Part shown: positions 13,506-23,756 of the stretch, one piece after another
Layout of the letters: every line of letters begins with the position of its first letter
How positions within the stretch are numbered: the stretch's first letter is position 1
Assembly: GCA_902622745.1 (NCBI GenBank)
Contig: CACNQW010000004.1
Span: forward strand, 6,326 to 70,325
Origin: an uncultured SAR116 cluster alpha proteobacterium
GTDB lineage: Bacteria > Pseudomonadota > Alphaproteobacteria > Puniceispirillales > Marisalimonadaceae
Direction: 5' to 3'
DNA length: 64,000 nucleotides
Made by a program: the position numbers and the translations under genes
The notes under the pieces: model-generated
Told to the model about the DNA's origin: nothing
Databases searched by the model: none
What the model saw: only the letters and a program-made list of their open reading frames with translations

Positions 13506-13582
13506 TAAATTAACTTGATTATGAGTTAAATTTGATGTGTATAATAAGGTGTAAGATATAACTCAATTAATAGGTTAATTCT

Positions 13583-16480
13583 ATGTCAGATAATAATTTA
13601 GATCAAACATTCCTGTCAGCTTCTAATTCCGTTTTCATAAATGATTTACTTAATAAGTGGGAAAATGACCCTAAGTCTGTTCCTGAAGAGTGGTCTAATT
13701 GGTTTAAAGAAATTGGATCTGAAATTGCAGACAAAGGGCCAAGTTGGGCAAAAGAGAATAATAGAGTTATAGGTGCTGTTGATATAGAGGAATCTGTGAA
13801 AGCAGTTGCTCAAGGAGTGGCTGGAAAAGGAAAAATTTCTGCATCTGATTTAAGATCAGCAACAACTGACTCTTTAAGAGCAATAATGTTAATTAGAGCC
13901 TATAGAATTAGAGGTCATCTGCTAGCTAACTTAGATCCTCTAAAATTGCTTGAGCCTGATATTCACCCTGAGCTTGATCCTAAGACTTATGGTTTTAAAG
14001 AAGAAGATTGGGACCGACCAATTTTTATTGACAATGTTTTAGGCATGGAGACTGCTTCTTTAAAACAAATAATGGATATTCTTAAGGAAACGTATTGTGG
14101 CTCTATTGGTGTCGAATTTATGCATGTTCAAGATCCAGCGCAAAAAGCATGGATTCAAGAAAGAATTGAATCTATTAGAAACACTACTCAGTTCACAGAT
14201 AATGGTAAAAAAGCAATTTTCGAACGTTTAGTAGGTGCTGAAACATTTGAACAATTTCTTCATAAAAAATATGCAGGTACAAAAAGATTTGGATTAGATG
14301 GCTCAGAATCAGTTGTGCCAGCTATTGAGCAAATTTTAAAAAGAGGAAGTCAATTAGGTTTAAAAGAAGTTGTAATTGGCATGGCTCACAGAGGAAGACT
14401 AAATGTTTTATATAATGTATTAAATAAACCATTTAGAGCAATTATTTCAGAATTTTTAGGTAATCTTGCCAATCCCGAAGAAGCTGGCGGGTCTGGAGAT
14501 GTAAAGTATCATATGGGTGCTTCTGCAGATAGAGAGTTTGATAATGAGAATGTTCATTTGTCTCTTCAAGCAAACCCATCTCACTTAGAAGTTGTTGCTC
14601 CTGTTGTTATTGGAAGAGTTCGTGCAAAACAACTTCAGCATAATGATACAGAAGAAAGGGATTCTGTATTGGGGATAGTTTTACATGGTGATGCTGCATT
14701 TGCAGGGCAAGGCATAGTTGCTGAAACGTTTGATTTTTCAGGTTTAAGAGGTTATGAAACAGGCGGAACTATTCACGTTATCATCAATAACCAAATTGGG
14801 TTTACAACAAGTCCAAATTATTCAAGGTCAAGTCCATACTGTACGGATGTTGCCAAGATGGTGATGGCACCAATTTTTCATGTAAACGGAGATGATCCTG
14901 AAGCAGTAGTTCACGTGGCAAGAATTGCAACTGAATTTAGACAAAAGTTCTCTTGTGATGTAGTTTTAGATGTAATTTGCTACAGAAGATTTGGTCATAA
15001 TGAGGGTGATGAACCTGCGTTCACTCAACCTTCAATGTATAAAAAAATAGCTCAGCATGAAAGTATTAGTAAAATCTATAGCAAAAAATTGATCAATGAA
15101 GGCACAATAACTAAACAAGATGCAGATCAAGAATTAAAAAAACATAATGATTTCCTAGAAAAAGAATTTGAAGCTGGAAGTAGTTACAAACCAAATAAAG
15201 CTGACTGGTTAGATGGACAATGGTCAGGGTTGAAAGCAGCTCCGGATCGTGAACAAAGAAGAGGAGACACATCTGTTAAACTAGATAAATTAAAACAAAT
15301 TGGTTTATCAATGACAGAACTTCCTAAAGGATATGAACTAAATAAAAAATTAGTTAGAATTGTTGAAAATAGAAGAAAATCAATAAATGAAGAAAAAAAC
15401 ATTGATTGGTCAACTGCTGAACATTTAGCTTTTGGTACACTTTTAGATGAGGGCCATCCAGTAAGATTGTCAGGGCAAGATAGTTGTAGAGGTACCTTTT
15501 CTCAAAGACATGCTGTGTTTGTAGATCAAAATAATGAAAATAGATATATACCGCTAAACAATTTAAAAGAGAATCAACCTCAATTTGAAGTTATTGACTC
15601 ACCTTTGTCAGAAGCTTCGGTGTTAGGCTTTGAATATGGATATTCTCTGACAGAACCTTCAGCATTAGTTATGTGGGAAGCACAATTTGGTGATTTTGCA
15701 AATGGTGCTCAAGTAATCGTTGATCAGTTTATATCTAGTGGAGAAGCAAAATGGTTAAGAATGTCAGGTTTAGTTATGTTGCTGCCTCATGGTTATGAGG
15801 GTCAAGGTCCTGAGCACTCTTCAGCTAGATTAGAAAGATATTTACAGCTTTGTGGTGAAGATAATATGCAAGTGTTAAATTGTAGTACACCAGCAAACTA
15901 TTTCCATGCTCTAAGAAGACAGTTAAAAAGAGACTTTAGAAAACCATTAATTATAATGACACCTAAAAGTTTACTTAGACATAAATTGTGTGTTTCTAAT
16001 TTATCAGATATGGCAGAAAACACTTCATTCCACAGAATTATATTAGACCCTAACAAAAAACTTAAAGATAAAAACATCAATCGTATAGTTATTTGCTCTG
16101 GTAAAATATTCTATCATCTTTATGAGGAAAGAGAAAAAAACAATATTACTGATGTTAAGTTATTAAGGTTGGAACAAATTTACCCTTTTCCAAGTAAAAC
16201 ACTAGAAAAGGAATTAGAAAAAACACCAAATGCAAAGATAATCTGGTGTCAAGAAGAGCCAAAAAACATGGGCTCCTGGTTTTTTGTAGATAGAAATATC
16301 GAAGATGTTTTAATTAAGACAAAGTCAAAGTTTTCTAGGCCTATTTATGTGGGTAGAGCAGAAGCAGCATCACCTGCAACAGGTTCACTCTCAAGACATC
16401 TAAGAGAGCAGGATGATATAGTTAAAGAATCATTAAATTTGATTAAACCAAATAAAAAAGAGATACGTGCTGCTGAATAG
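13583..16480 (+). CDS. sucA: 2-oxoglutarate dehydrogenase E1 component
   Basis: 965 aa with RAYRIRGH, GMAHRGRLNVL, HGDAAFAGQG, RRFGHNEGDEP, GQDSCRGTFSQRHA, LPHGYEGQGPEHSS. Confidence 0.98.
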   Translation: MSDNNLDQTFLSASNSVFINDLLNKWENDPKSVPEEWSNWFKEIGSEIADKGPSWAKENNRVIGAVDIEESVKAVAQGVAGKGKISASDLRSATTDSLRAIMLIRAYRIRGHLLANLDPLKLLEPDIHPELDPKTYGFKEEDWDRPIFIDNVLGMETASLKQIMDILKETYCGSIGVEFMHVQDPAQKAWIQERIESIRNTTQFTDNGKKAIFERLVGAETFEQFLHKKYAGTKRFGLDGSESVVPAIEQILKRGSQLGLKEVVIGMAHRGRLNVLYNVLNKPFRAIISEFLGNLANPEEAGGSGDVKYHMGASADREFDNENVHLSLQANPSHLEVVAPVVIGRVRAKQLQHNDTEERDSVLGIVLHGDAAFAGQGIVAETFDFSGLRGYETGGTIHVIINNQIGFTTSPNYSRSSPYCTDVAKMVMAPIFHVNGDDPEAVVHVARIATEFRQKFSCDVVLDVICYRRFGHNEGDEPAFTQPSMYKKIAQHESISKIYSKKLINEGTITKQDADQELKKHNDFLEKEFEAGSSYKPNKADWLDGQWSGLKAAPDREQRRGDTSVKLDKLKQIGLSMTELPKGYELNKKLVRIVENRRKSINEEKNIDWSTAEHLAFGTLLDEGHPVRLSGQDSCRGTFSQRHAVFVDQNNENRYIPLNNLKENQPQFEVIDSPLSEASVLGFEYGYSLTEPSALVMWEAQFGDFANGAQVIVDQFISSGEAKWLRMSGLVMLLPHGYEGQGPEHSSARLERYLQLCGEDNMQVLNCSTPANYFHALRRQLKRDFRKPLIIMTPKSLLRHKLCVSNLSDMAENTSFHRIILDPNKKLKDKNINRIVICSGKIFYHLYEEREKNNITDVKLLRLEQIYPFPSKTLEKELEKTPNAKIIWCQEEPKNMGSWFFVDRNIEDVLIKTKSKFSRPIYVGRAEAASPATGSLSRHLREQDDIVKESLNLIKPNKKEIRAAE

Positions 16481-16492
16481 AGTTTAATTTTT

Positions 16493-17791
16493 ATGAACAA
16501 TATTAATGATAAAAAATTTGATTTGGTTATGCCTGCAGCTAAAAAGTTAATCTTAGAAAATGATATAGATGCAAATATCATGCAAGGTACTGGAAAAGAT
16601 GGCAGAATAACTAAAGGTGATGTTTTGTTATTCTTAAAATCACTTGGTTCATCACAAAAAACAATAGATAACAAATATCAAGAAGAAAATCTTAAAATTA
16701 ATGAAAATAGAAAGGGATCTACAATGGATATAATTGTTCCTACACTTGGCGAGTCAATAGTAGAAGCCACAGTATCAAAATGGCTAAAAAATGAAGGGGA
16801 ATATGTTGAAGTTGATGAACCTGTAGTTGAATTAGAAACTGATAAAGTAACACTTGAAGTTCCTGCGCCAATCTCAGGATTAATTGGATCTATAATTGCT
16901 GCAGAAGGTGAAACGGTTGAAGTTGGGCAGAATATAGGAGCTCTTGATCCAAATGGAAAAAAATCATCAAATGATAAACCGAAGGCTAAAGACAATAATG
17001 ATAAAGAAGAAAAACAATTAGAAACTAAAGATACAAAAACTTCGTCTACAGAAACAGATACTAAAAAAGATGATGCTGTAAAGTTACCAAGTAACGATGA
17101 AGAAATTGTTCCAATGTCTAGATTAAGGCAAGCGATTGCAAATAGATTAAAATCAGCACAAAATACAGCAGCAATTTTAACGACTTATAATGAAGTTGAT
17201 ATGACAGCATTAATGAAAATAAGATCAACATACCAGCCTAATTTTGAGAAAAAATTTGGGATAAAACTTGGATATATGAGCTTCTTTGTAAAGGCATGTA
17301 TTAATGCATTAAAAGTTTATCCAGCTGTTAATGCGGAAATAAGAGATAATAATATTGTATATAAAAATTATTATAACATAGGTGTTGCAGTTGGAACTCC
17401 TGAAGGATTAGTAGTCCCAGTTTTAAAAAATGCAGAGAATATGGATTTTCCAGAGATTGAAAAAACAATTGTAAATTTTGGTAAACAAGCAAGAGAAGGT
17501 AATTTAACCATTCAAGACATGTCAAATGGTACATTTACTATTTCTAACGGAGGTGTTTACGGTTCGATGTTATCATCACCGATTCTTAACCCACCACAAT
17601 CTGGAATTCTTGGAATGCATAATATTCAAAAAAGAGCAGTTGTTATAGATGACAAAGTTGAAATTAGATCTATGATGTATTTGGCTTTATCTTATGACCA
17701 CAGGATTATTGATGGAAGAGAGGCGGTTTCTTTCTTAGTAAATGTTAAAGAGAATCTTGAAGATCCTCAACGAATGCTTATTGGAGTATAA
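16493..17791 (+). CDS. sucB: 2-oxoglutarate dehydrogenase E2 (dihydrolipoyllysine succinyltransferase) with atypical domain order
   Basis: Lipoyl domain with ELETDKV lipoyl-Lys motif (aa ~78-152). K/D/T-rich linker. Catalytic domain with SYDHRIIDG (aa ~206-432). An additional E3-binding-like segment [31 protein letters not shown] lies at aa 13-44. Confidence 0.95.
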   Translation: MNNINDKKFDLVMPAAKKLILENDIDANIMQGTGKDGRITKGDVLLFLKSLGSSQKTIDNKYQEENLKINENRKGSTMDIIVPTLGESIVEATVSKWLKNEGEYVEVDEPVVELETDKVTLEVPAPISGLIGSIIAAEGETVEVGQNIGALDPNGKKSSNDKPKAKDNNDKEEKQLETKDTKTSSTETDTKKDDAVKLPSNDEEIVPMSRLRQAIANRLKSAQNTAAILTTYNEVDMTALMKIRSTYQPNFEKKFGIKLGYMSFFVKACINALKVYPAVNAEIRDNNIVYKNYYNIGVAVGTPEGLVVPVLKNAENMDFPEIEKTIVNFGKQAREGNLTIQDMSNGTFTISNGGVYGSMLSSPILNPPQSGILGMHNIQKRAVVIDDKVEIRSMMYLALSYDHRIIDGREAVSFLVNVKENLEDPQRMLIGV

Positions 17792-17796
17792 AAATC

Positions 17797-19209
17797 ATGT
17801 CAGAAAAAAAATATGATTTAGTCGTAATTGGAGCTGGTCCTGGTGGATATGTTGCTTCTATCGTTGCAGCACAAAAGGGAATGAAAGTTGCAAATATTGA
17901 AAAGAGAGAAACTTTAGGAGGAACATGCTTAAATGTAGGGTGTATTCCCTCTAAAGCTTTGCTTCATGCGTCAGAACAATATGAAAATAATGTAAAAAAC
18001 AATGCTAATCTATCATGGGGAATAAAAACGTCTGATGTAAGTATTGACATCCAACAATTAATGAAAAAGAAATCAACCATTGTTGATGAATTAACAAAAG
18101 GTATTAATTTTCTATTTAGTAAAAATAAAATTGATAAATATGTAGGTGAAGCAACTTTAGTTAACAAAAATGAAATTCAGATTAATGGAAAAGGTAAGAC
18201 AGAAAAAATATTTGCTGAGAAGATTATTATTGCTACTGGTTCTGAGCCCTCAAATTTAAATAATATTAAAATCGATGAACAAAAAATTGTTACCTCCACA
18301 GGTGCTCTAGATTTAAAGTCCGTTCCAAAAAAAGTAATTGTGATTGGAGCTGGTGTAATTGGATTAGAATTAGGCACCGTTTGGAGAAGGTTAGGTTCAG
18401 AAGTTGAGGTCATTGAATTTTTACCACACGTTTTAAACGGCATGGATTCTGAGGTGTCAGATAAATTTCATAAAATTCTTCTACAACAAGGCTTAAAATT
18501 CAAATTAGAACATTCTGTGGAAAAGACATCTTTAATCGAAGATAAAGTACATGTTGAAATTAAAGATCTGAAAACTTCAAAAACAGATATATTAGAGGCA
18601 GACATAGTATTAGTTGCGGTTGGAAGAAGGCCTAATACAGATAATTTAGGTTTAGATAAAATTGGTGTAAAAGTGGATAAAAGAGGTTTTGTTGAAACTG
18701 ATAACGATTTTAAAACATCAGTAGATAATATCTATGCTATTGGCGACGTTATAAAAGGTCCAATGCTAGCTCACAAGGCGGAAGAAGATGCTGTAGCATT
18801 AATAGAAATGATAAACAATGAAGCGGGTCATGTAGATTATAATCTTGTTCCAAATATAATTTATACTGCTCCTGAAGTTGCATCGATAGGTAAAACAGAA
18901 GATGATTTAAAACAAAAAGGAACTTCTTATAAGAAAGGTATTTTCCCATTTACGGCTAATAGTAGGGCTAAAGCGATTGGTCATACTGATGGTTTTGTAA
19001 AAATTTTGTCGGACAAAGAAACAGATAAAATTTTAGGTGCTCATATAATTGGTCATGAAGCTGGAACAATTATACATGAATTAAGTGTTGCAATGGGCTT
19101 TGGTGCTTCTTCAGAAGATCTCGCACGAATATGTCATGGTCATCCAACAGTCAATGAGGCAATAAAAGAAGCAGCTTTAGCCACTTTTTCAAAAGCAATA
19201 CATTCTTAA
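17797..19209 (+). CDS. lpdA: dihydrolipoyl dehydrogenase (E3)
   Basis: GAGPGGY, redox disulfide GGTCLNVGCIPSK, second Rossmann GAGVIGLE, C-terminal HGHPT motif. Confidence 0.97.
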   Translation: MSEKKYDLVVIGAGPGGYVASIVAAQKGMKVANIEKRETLGGTCLNVGCIPSKALLHASEQYENNVKNNANLSWGIKTSDVSIDIQQLMKKKSTIVDELTKGINFLFSKNKIDKYVGEATLVNKNEIQINGKGKTEKIFAEKIIIATGSEPSNLNNIKIDEQKIVTSTGALDLKSVPKKVIVIGAGVIGLELGTVWRRLGSEVEVIEFLPHVLNGMDSEVSDKFHKILLQQGLKFKLEHSVEKTSLIEDKVHVEIKDLKTSKTDILEADIVLVAVGRRPNTDNLGLDKIGVKVDKRGFVETDNDFKTSVDNIYAIGDVIKGPMLAHKAEEDAVALIEMINNEAGHVDYNLVPNIIYTAPEVASIGKTEDDLKQKGTSYKKGIFPFTANSRAKAIGHTDGFVKILSDKETDKILGAHIIGHEAGTIIHELSVAMGFGASSEDLARICHGHPTVNEAIKEAALATFSKAIHS

Positions 19210-19213
19210 AATA

Positions 19214-19549
19214 TTAGGAAATTTTAGCACCCATTTTGCTTAATGACACAAGAATTGTAATTCCAACAATTATAAATCCTAGCCCTATTAAGGCGAAAGT
19301 ATCTGGCTTTTCTCCAAATTTAATAGATGCTATTAGTGTTACAGCTGCAATACCAACGCCTGACCAAATCGAATAAGTAATTGCTACAGGTATAGTTTTC
19401 ATCGATAGTATCATAAAGTAAAAAGCAATTCCGTATCCAATTAATACTAATGTAGAAGGTAAAATTGCAGTAAACCCGTTACTGCTTTTGAGCGATAATG
19501 TCCCTACAACTTCTCCTATAATTGCTATAATTAAATAAAAATATCCCAT
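19214..19549 (-). CDS. small multidrug resistance (SMR) family transporter, EmrE/Qac-like
   Basis: 111 aa with 4 TM helices. Conserved membrane Glu (AIIGEVVGT) and YSIWSGVG motif. This resembles the EmrE/Qac subtype rather than the SugE/Gdx subtype (which has WTGIG). Confidence 0.85.
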   Translation of the reverse strand: MGYFYLIIAIIGEVVGTLSLKSSNGFTAILPSTLVLIGYGIAFYFMILSMKTIPVAITYSIWSGVGIAAVTLIASIKFGEKPDTFALIGLGFIIVGITILVSLSKMGAKIS

Positions 19550-19647
19550 TGTTTCCTCTTCGAAAATTTTGACACTTACGTAGTAATTATTTGATTGTAT
19601 ATTAAACTTGGATCAAATAAAAATATGATGTCTATTTGTAAACACTT

Positions 19648-20535
19648 TTAATTAAAATTTTTAGGTATTAAACCACTTGTGCAGGAAGCATCTTCGTTAT
19701 GAAAATTTTTTTCTAACCCTTTTTCTACATATTTGATTGCTTCAGAAACAATTTTAAGTTTGTTACCATATTTTATTGCATCTTCCTGCATAAGTTTCAT
19801 GTCTTTCAATGATGATTCAAGACCAAAAGTTGAAGAACCATCAAGATTATTTTCAAAAGCATTTATAATAGTTTTAGTTTTTAGATGAGCAACTTTACAT
19901 GTGCCTGATGTATCCATCATAATATCAAGAGCTTTTTCAAATTGAATCCCATTTTGGCAAGTTAATTTTAATGCTTCTCCCAACGATTGCCAATAAACTA
20001 ATAAAGGAAGATTTATAGCGAGTTTCATAGCAGTTCCCTTCCCTATTTCGCCTAAATATTCATAACGTCTAAATAAATGACTGAAGAGGAAATCTAAAGT
20101 ATCGATTTCACTTTTCTTGCCTGCCATTAAACCAAGAAGTTGTCCATCTCTTGCTGGTTTAGTTGATCCACCGACTGGGCACTCAATAAAAGAACCATTT
20201 TGATTTAAGACTAAATTGGAGAGCTCTTTCATGTAATTTACACTTGTTGTGCTCATCTCAATAATAGTTTTATTTTTCAAATCACAATTTTTAAATCCAG
20301 TCTCTGTTTCATAAACATTTTTTAACGCATCATCATTACCTAATATAACTATAATAATGTCAACCTCATCGACTAACTCACTAACTTTTTTAAAAAATTT
20401 TCCACCTGACTTTATAAGGTCATCTGAATTAGATTTTGTTCTATTCCAAATTGAAAGATTATATTCTTTTTCTATTAATCTTGCGCCAATAGCTTTTCCC
20501 ATTTTCCCAGTTCCACAAAGTCCAATTTTCTTCAT
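19648..20535 (-). CDS. NAD(P)-dependent beta-hydroxyacid dehydrogenase family protein (HIBADH/6PGDH-like)
   Basis: From Met34 of the tracked ORF: MKKIGLCGTGKMGKAIGARL Rossmann N-terminus. C-terminal helical domain with GKGTAMKLAINL. The longer 328-aa ORF would overlap the htpG start, so the start at 20535 is preferred. Confidence 0.8.
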   Translation of the reverse strand: MKKIGLCGTGKMGKAIGARLIEKEYNLSIWNRTKSNSDDLIKSGGKFFKKVSELVDEVDIIIVILGNDDALKNVYETETGFKNCDLKNKTIIEMSTTSVNYMKELSNLVLNQNGSFIECPVGGSTKPARDGQLLGLMAGKKSEIDTLDFLFSHLFRRYEYLGEIGKGTAMKLAINLPLLVYWQSLGEALKLTCQNGIQFEKALDIMMDTSGTCKVAHLKTKTIINAFENNLDGSSTFGLESSLKDMKLMQEDAIKYGNKLKIVSEAIKYVEKGLEKNFHNEDASCTSGLIPKNFN

Positions 20536-20566
20536 TTTTATTCCTTTTATAAAGTTTTTTTTATGT

Positions 20567-20596
20567 CTTGAAATTGAAATAATAATAACCAATTTA
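20567..20596 (+). promoter_or_regulatory. candidate sigma32 (RpoH)-type heat-shock promoter upstream of htpG
   Basis: CTTGAAA (20567-20573), a 15-nt spacer, and CCAATTTA (20589-20596) resemble the sigma32 consensus CTTGAAA-N13-17-CCCCATNT. It ends 31 nt upstream of the htpG ATG, and a GAAAGGAAAA SD-like run follows. Confidence 0.4.
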
Positions 20597-20627
20597 AACA
20601 TGTAATTACAATGCGAAAGGAAAAATA

Positions 20628-22520
20628 ATGTCAAATATGGAAAAAAAATTTGAGGCGGATACCGGTAAAATTCTTGATATTGTAATTAATTCTCTTTACT
20701 CGGAAAGAGAAATATTTGTAAGAGAATTAATTTCAAATGCATCAGATGCGATTGATAAAAAAAAATATTTAGCTTTAACAAATAAATCTATTAATGACAC
20801 ATCAGATCCTTTCGAAATAAAGATAGAAGTTAATAGTAAAGAAAATACTATAAAAATAAGTGATAATGGCATTGGGATGGATGAAGAAGATCTTATAAAT
20901 TCCCTTGGCACCATTGCCAGATCAGGAACAAAGGCATTTCTTGAACAATTTAATAAATCAAAAGACGACAAAAAAGAAGACGTAAACTTAATTGGTCAAT
21001 TTGGTGTAGGTTTTTATGCTTCTTTTATGGTTGCAGATAAAGTCGAAGTTCTATCAAAAAAAGCTGGCACTGAGAAGAGCTGGAAATGGATTTCTGATGG
21101 AAAAAGTGGTTATAACATAGAAAAAGGCGAGAAAACAAATTCTGGAACTGAGTTGATTTTACACCTTAAAAAAGATGCCAAGGAGTTTCTTGAAGGAACT
21201 AGAATTCAATTTGTAGTTAGAAAATATTCAGATCATATTTCTTATCCAGTTAAAATGTTAGAGACTTCAAAAAAAGATGCCAAGGAAGAAACTATCAATG
21301 AGGCATCAGCTTTATGGACAAGGGCACCAAAAGACATTAAAGAAAAACAATATGAAGATTTTTTCTCTCATATAGGTGCTGGTTTTGGTAAGCCATTATT
21401 AACAATGCATAATAACACGGAAGGTACCGTAAGTTTCACAAACTTACTTTGTATTCCTTCATCAAAACCATTTGACTTGTTTAATCCTGATAGAAAATCA
21501 AGTTTAAAATTATATATTAATAGAGTATTTATTACTGATAAATGTGATAATTTAATACCAGCATATTTAAGATTTGTTAAAGGCATTGTTGATACACAAG
21601 ATATAGATCTAAACGTTAGTAGAGAGATGTTACAAAATAATCCAGCAGTTGCAAAAATTAGCAAGTCACTTGTTGGAAAAATTTTAAGAGAATTAAAAAA
21701 AATAGCTGACAAAGATAAGGCTAAATATATTCAGTTTTGGAATGAATTTGGTCAAGTATTAAAAGAAGGTCTTTATGAAGATCTTGAAAGAAAAGATACT
21801 TTGTTAGAATTGGCAAGATTCTCAAATAATGAAAATGATGATCTTATTTCTTTAGAAGATTATGTGAATACAATGGATAAAAATCAAAAAGATATATACT
21901 ACATTGCAGCCGACACAAAATCTCAAGCATTATCAAGTCCACATCTTGAAGGTTTTAAATCTAAAGGAATTAAGGTGTTGGTAATGGCTGATCCTATCGA
22001 TCAGTTTTGGTTGTCTATGGCAGGACAATTTAAAGAAAAGAATTTTGTTTCAATCACTCAGGGAGAGATTGATCTGGACAATATTAAATCTGATAAAAAA
22101 GATCCAAAAAATAAAGATACAAAAAAAGACGATGTAGATAAAAGATTTACAAATTTAATTGCACATTTAAAAGCTTCATTAGGGCAAAATGTTAAAGATA
22201 TTAGATTAACTTCTAAACTTACAGATAGTCCTGCTTGTTTAGTTGCAGATAAAGGTGATATGGATGTTGCAATGGAAAATCTAATGAAACAAAGAGATCC
22301 TAATTATCAAGGAGCACCTAGAATTTTAGAAATTAATCCTGAACATGCATTAGTTGAAAAAATGAATAAGCTACTCAGTGATAAAAAACATAATAATCTT
22401 GTGGATGATGCTGGAATCCTTTTATTTGAACAAGCACGAATGATGGAAGGAAAACTGCCTAGTGACCCTACCAAATTTTCTAAAATCATGAATAATTTTC
22501 TAGTAAAAGGTGTGAGCTAA
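20628..22520 (+). CDS. htpG: molecular chaperone HtpG (Hsp90)
   Basis: ELISNASDAIDK, SDNGIGM, GQFGVGFYASFMVADKV, and RVFITD motifs of the Hsp90 family. 630 aa. Confidence 0.98.
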   Translation: MSNMEKKFEADTGKILDIVINSLYSEREIFVRELISNASDAIDKKKYLALTNKSINDTSDPFEIKIEVNSKENTIKISDNGIGMDEEDLINSLGTIARSGTKAFLEQFNKSKDDKKEDVNLIGQFGVGFYASFMVADKVEVLSKKAGTEKSWKWISDGKSGYNIEKGEKTNSGTELILHLKKDAKEFLEGTRIQFVVRKYSDHISYPVKMLETSKKDAKEETINEASALWTRAPKDIKEKQYEDFFSHIGAGFGKPLLTMHNNTEGTVSFTNLLCIPSSKPFDLFNPDRKSSLKLYINRVFITDKCDNLIPAYLRFVKGIVDTQDIDLNVSREMLQNNPAVAKISKSLVGKILRELKKIADKDKAKYIQFWNEFGQVLKEGLYEDLERKDTLLELARFSNNENDDLISLEDYVNTMDKNQKDIYYIAADTKSQALSSPHLEGFKSKGIKVLVMADPIDQFWLSMAGQFKEKNFVSITQGEIDLDNIKSDKKDPKNKDTKKDDVDKRFTNLIAHLKASLGQNVKDIRLTSKLTDSPACLVADKGDMDVAMENLMKQRDPNYQGAPRILEINPEHALVEKMNKLLSDKKHNNLVDDAGILLFEQARMMEGKLPSDPTKFSKIMNNFLVKGVS

Positions 22521-22523
22521 AAT

Positions 22524-23756
22524 TTAAAAAACTTTAAATTTCTTTTGTGTTATTAAATAAGCAATAAATATAAGTGAAGCTAACGCAATTATTGCATTAA
22601 GCCTTATAACTTGTTCAACGCCAATTAAATTAATTATAAAAGATATGATTATCATGCCTATTGGTGCTAAACCTATACATGTTACTAAAACTCCAAAATT
22701 ATAACCTCTTTTACCTTTTTCTGCAGATCTGTAAGTTAAAGCTCCTTGCATAGTACTGAAACCAGATAAGCACATTCCACCTAAACATAAAAATAGAAAA
22801 CCAATAATTAATGAACTACTTACAGAAAATAAAAGCATTCCTACAAAAAAACCTATACAACCAATTAGAAAAAAAATTGATAATCTTTTTTGAGGTGAAA
22901 GTTTAGCAATAATTAAAGCGCCAATTAATGCGCCGACACCTTCTGATGAAGCTAAAAATCCAATCTCTGCCTCATTTAAATTTAAAATATTTTTTCCATA
23001 TACAGGTATTAATGAAATAAGAGGGAACCCAAAAAGATTAAATACTAATGTTACAATTAATAATAATTTAAGATTAATATCTTTGAAGGCATCAAAGATT
23101 ATGGTTTTTAGACTTTTGAAAACTGAAATAAATTCATAAACAATATTTTTTTTTGATGTTGATGAAGCATTTAGATTTATACTAATCTTTTCAAAACATA
23201 TTATTAAGCTTAAAGCTAAAAGATATAAACTGGATATTATTAATAATAAGCCTTCTAAATCAATTGCAACATATAAAAAACCAGCCAACAGTGGGCCAAT
23301 TAACCGTGTTGAATTATTAGATAAAGTCTCCATCGCTAATGAAGTACTTAAAAGTTTTTCAGTGATATTCTCTGTTATAATTCTGCGTCTAACTGCTAAA
23401 TCAATAACCCATGTGGTTCCATTTATAAATGCTAATAAAAGAGCAAAAAATAAGTTAAAGTAATCAAAATTTTTAAGGAACACGCATATTAAGGTAAAAG
23501 AAAAAGATAAGGAATATAAAAACCTTACAATCAAGATAGGAGAAATTTTTTCAGAGATAGAACCAATAATTAAGCCCAGCATGCTCATAGGAAGCATTCT
23601 AAATGCAAAAATCACAGTAATTAGGTAAGCTAATCCAAAGTCATTCAAAATATATAAACTAAGAGTTAGAAACTCCATAGCTCTTGCAATCCCAGTAAAG
23701 CATCCAGCTGTCCATAAATACCTAAAAGATTGATTTTTAAAACACGAGAGGAGCAT
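22524..23756 (-). CDS. MFS-type transporter (substrate unknown)
   Basis: 410 aa with about 12 hydrophobic helices in two 6-TM halves separated by a short polar loop. No specific family motif was recognised. Confidence 0.65.
   Translation of the reverse strand: MLLSCFKNQSFRYLWTAGCFTGIARAMEFLTLSLYILNDFGLAYLITVIFAFRMLPMSMLGLIIGSISEKISPILIVRFLYSLSFSFTLICVFLKNFDYFNLFFALLLAFINGTTWVIDLAVRRRIITENITEKLLSTSLAMETLSNNSTRLIGPLLAGFLYVAIDLEGLLLIISSLYLLALSLIICFEKISINLNASSTSKKNIVYEFISVFKSLKTIIFDAFKDINLKLLLIVTLVFNLFGFPLISLIPVYGKNILNLNEAEIGFLASSEGVGALIGALIIAKLSPQKRLSIFFLIGCIGFFVGMLLFSVSSSLIIGFLFLCLGGMCLSGFSTMQGALTYRSAEKGKRGYNFGVLVTCIGLAPIGMIIISFIINLIGVEQVIRLNAIIALASLIFIAYLITQKKFKVF

Noticed and set aside
13506-13582. 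Sigma70-like promoter upstream of sucA (TTGATT at 13515-13520 and TATAAT at 13540-13545).
   Set aside because: The spacer is 19 nt, outside the usual 16-18 nt range. Alternative hexamer pairs are weak. In this AT-rich spacer such matches are not distinguishable from chance, so it was not listed as a feature.
16493-16723. Alternative reading in which sucB starts at Met78 ([11 protein letters not shown]) and nt 16481-16723 is an untranslated spacer.
   Set aside because: A 243-nt spacer would be exceptional in this genome. The segment is in frame, stop-free and encodes a near-consensus E3-binding motif, which is very unlikely by chance. It is kept as part of sucB and reported as a finding.
19550-19647. 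Possible guanidine riboswitch (mini-ykkC or ykkC-III) in the 98-nt leader of the SMR transporter gene. It contains a TACGTA palindrome.
   Set aside because: The transporter has the EmrE/Qac-type motif (WSGVG) rather than the Gdx/SugE type. The leader lacks the paired GC-rich hairpins with ACGR loops. The only ACG-containing element is a short AT-rich palindrome.
20536-20634. N-terminal 33-aa extension of the beta-hydroxyacid dehydrogenase ORF (tracked start at 20634).
   Set aside because: The extension would overlap the divergent htpG start and consume the whole promoter region. Its sequence is hydrophobic junk. The Rossmann motif begins right after Met34 (MKKIGLCGTGKMG). Similar spurious upstream extensions were trimmed for anmK (51954-51998), rfbA (53008-53031) and the nucleotidyltransferase-RpiB gene (60288-60314).
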